In this document: in pieces, positions 57,701 through 64,000 of the stretch
How the letters are laid out: every line of letters begins with the position of its first letter
Position numbering within the stretch: position 1 is the first letter of the stretch
Assembly: GCA_039621445.1 (NCBI GenBank)
Contig: CP154954.1
Span: 310,001-374,000, forward strand
Length of the DNA stretch: 64,000 nt
Source: Euglena gracilis
Lineage: Eukaryota
Direction of reading: 5' to 3'
Translations under genes and position numbers: made by a program
Notes under the pieces: generated by a model
What the model was told of the DNA's origin: nothing
The model's input: the letters and a program-made list of their open reading frames with translations, nothing else
Database searches by the model: none

Positions 57701-58745
57701 TAGTATGTTTATTCCTAATGCAAGTTTAAAAACTATTAAAAACTTGAAAAATAATGGTATTATTAAAATAGGTTCAGAGATTAAAGCACAGGATGTTTTA
57801 ATTGGAAGAATTAAAGTTAAGTTAAAAAATACGCCAAAAAATAAAATGTTAATAGCATTTTTTGGCAATAAGGTACGAAAAGACGTTTCTTTACGTTCTC
57901 CTCGCTCTTTGGTAGGTATTGTTACAAGTGTTGAGATTTTATGTAAAAAGTCGAATTGTTCTGTTCTTATTCATGTTGCCGAAAAACGCAGAATACAAAT
58001 AGGTGATAAAATTGCAGGACGGCATGGTAATAAAGGTATAATTTCGAAAATTGTTCCGTCTATAGATATGCCTTTTCTTCCTGATGGTACACCTGTTGAT
58101 ATGATTTTAAATCCTCTAGGCATACCATCTAGAATGAATGTTGGTCAAGTCTTTGAAAGTTTGTTAAACTTGTCTTCTTTATTTTTGAAAGAAAGGTATA
58201 AAATTCAACCTTTTGATGAAGTCCAAACAAGTATGAATTCAAAATCTTTTGTGTATAAAAAATTAAATGAAGCGCGTAAAAGAACTAAAAAAGATTGGCT
58301 TTTTAATCCAAATTATCCAGGAAAAGCCTTTTTATATGATGGTAGAAATTGTAGGCCTTTTGATCACCCTGTAGCTTTTGGTTATGCGTATATTTTAAAA
58401 TTAATACATATGGTTAAAGACAAAATTCATGCGAGAGTTACCGGCCCTTATTCTTCAGTAACTCAACAACCTTTACGTGGAAAATCGAAAAATGGTGGAC
58501 AAAGGTTTGGGGAAATGGAGGTTTGGGCTATAGAAGGATTTGGTGCTGCATATTTGTTGCAGGAGTTATTAACTATTAAATCTGATGATGTATTAAATAG
58601 ATCAGAAGCGTTATTTAGTTTAATAAATGGTACTTATTTTTCTAAGCCAAATATTCCCGAAGCTTTCAAGTTATTTATTTTAGAAATGCAATCTTTATGT
58701 ATTGATATTAAAATTTTTACAAATAATTATAAAAAATTCGATTAG
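54772..58745 (+). CDS. rpoB: RNA polymerase beta subunit, third copy, 5'-truncated; 1-nt insertion near 55404
   Basis: Matches first copy at offset 32700-32701, starting mid exon 2; TTTTAAAATG versus TTTGAAATG. Confidence 0.9.
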
Positions 58746-58829
58746 TTAAATTTTTGAGTTATTTTTTTTTTTATGAAGTTTTTATGGTCAATTAAGACCT
58801 GATACTTATTTTTATTTATTTTTGTATTT

Positions 58830-62293
<3,464 letters not shown>

Positions 62294-62384
62294 ATACTTT
62301 AATTTTTTGTATGAGCTAAGTAGTTTTAAAGTTTATTATTTTATTGATTTATTTCAATAAGTTTGTTAAATTATTATTTTAATT

Positions 62385-64000
<1,616 letters not shown>

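Overview
This window is euglenid plastid DNA, and gene order, intron sizes and proteins fit the Euglena gracilis chloroplast genome as I recall it. It looks like a structurally faulty long-read assembly rather than a clean genome. 1-20.5 kb is a tandem array of ~5.92-kb rRNA units (16S-trnI-trnA-23S-5S-spacer with pseudo-tRNAs). The first two units and the last 23S/5S are clean, but ~10.8-17.8 kb is progressively scrambled. 21.8-34.2 kb holds rpoB-rpoC1-rpoC2 (21 group II/III introns), trnV-N-R, trnL and the 3' part of rps11. ~34.9-54.5 kb is an inverted stretch: petB exon 1, psbN, psbH, psbT (1352-nt nested intron), psbB, trnG-E-W-M-H-Y, rps4, rps11, then a reverse copy of the tRNA/rpo block. 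From ~54.8 kb a third, forward rpo copy runs off the window. Both orientation switches lie in garbled sequence, which points to fold-back artefacts. The real biology of interest is nested introns (twintrons), group III introns with micro-exons, an rRNA leader derived from a decayed duplicate of the 16S 3' end/trnI region, a pseudo-trnW with its 3' end joined to its 5' end, a variant 5S gene and a 16S tail lacking CCUCC. Much of this is known for Euglena. I found no convincing wholly new system. Some splice sites are approximate to a few nt.
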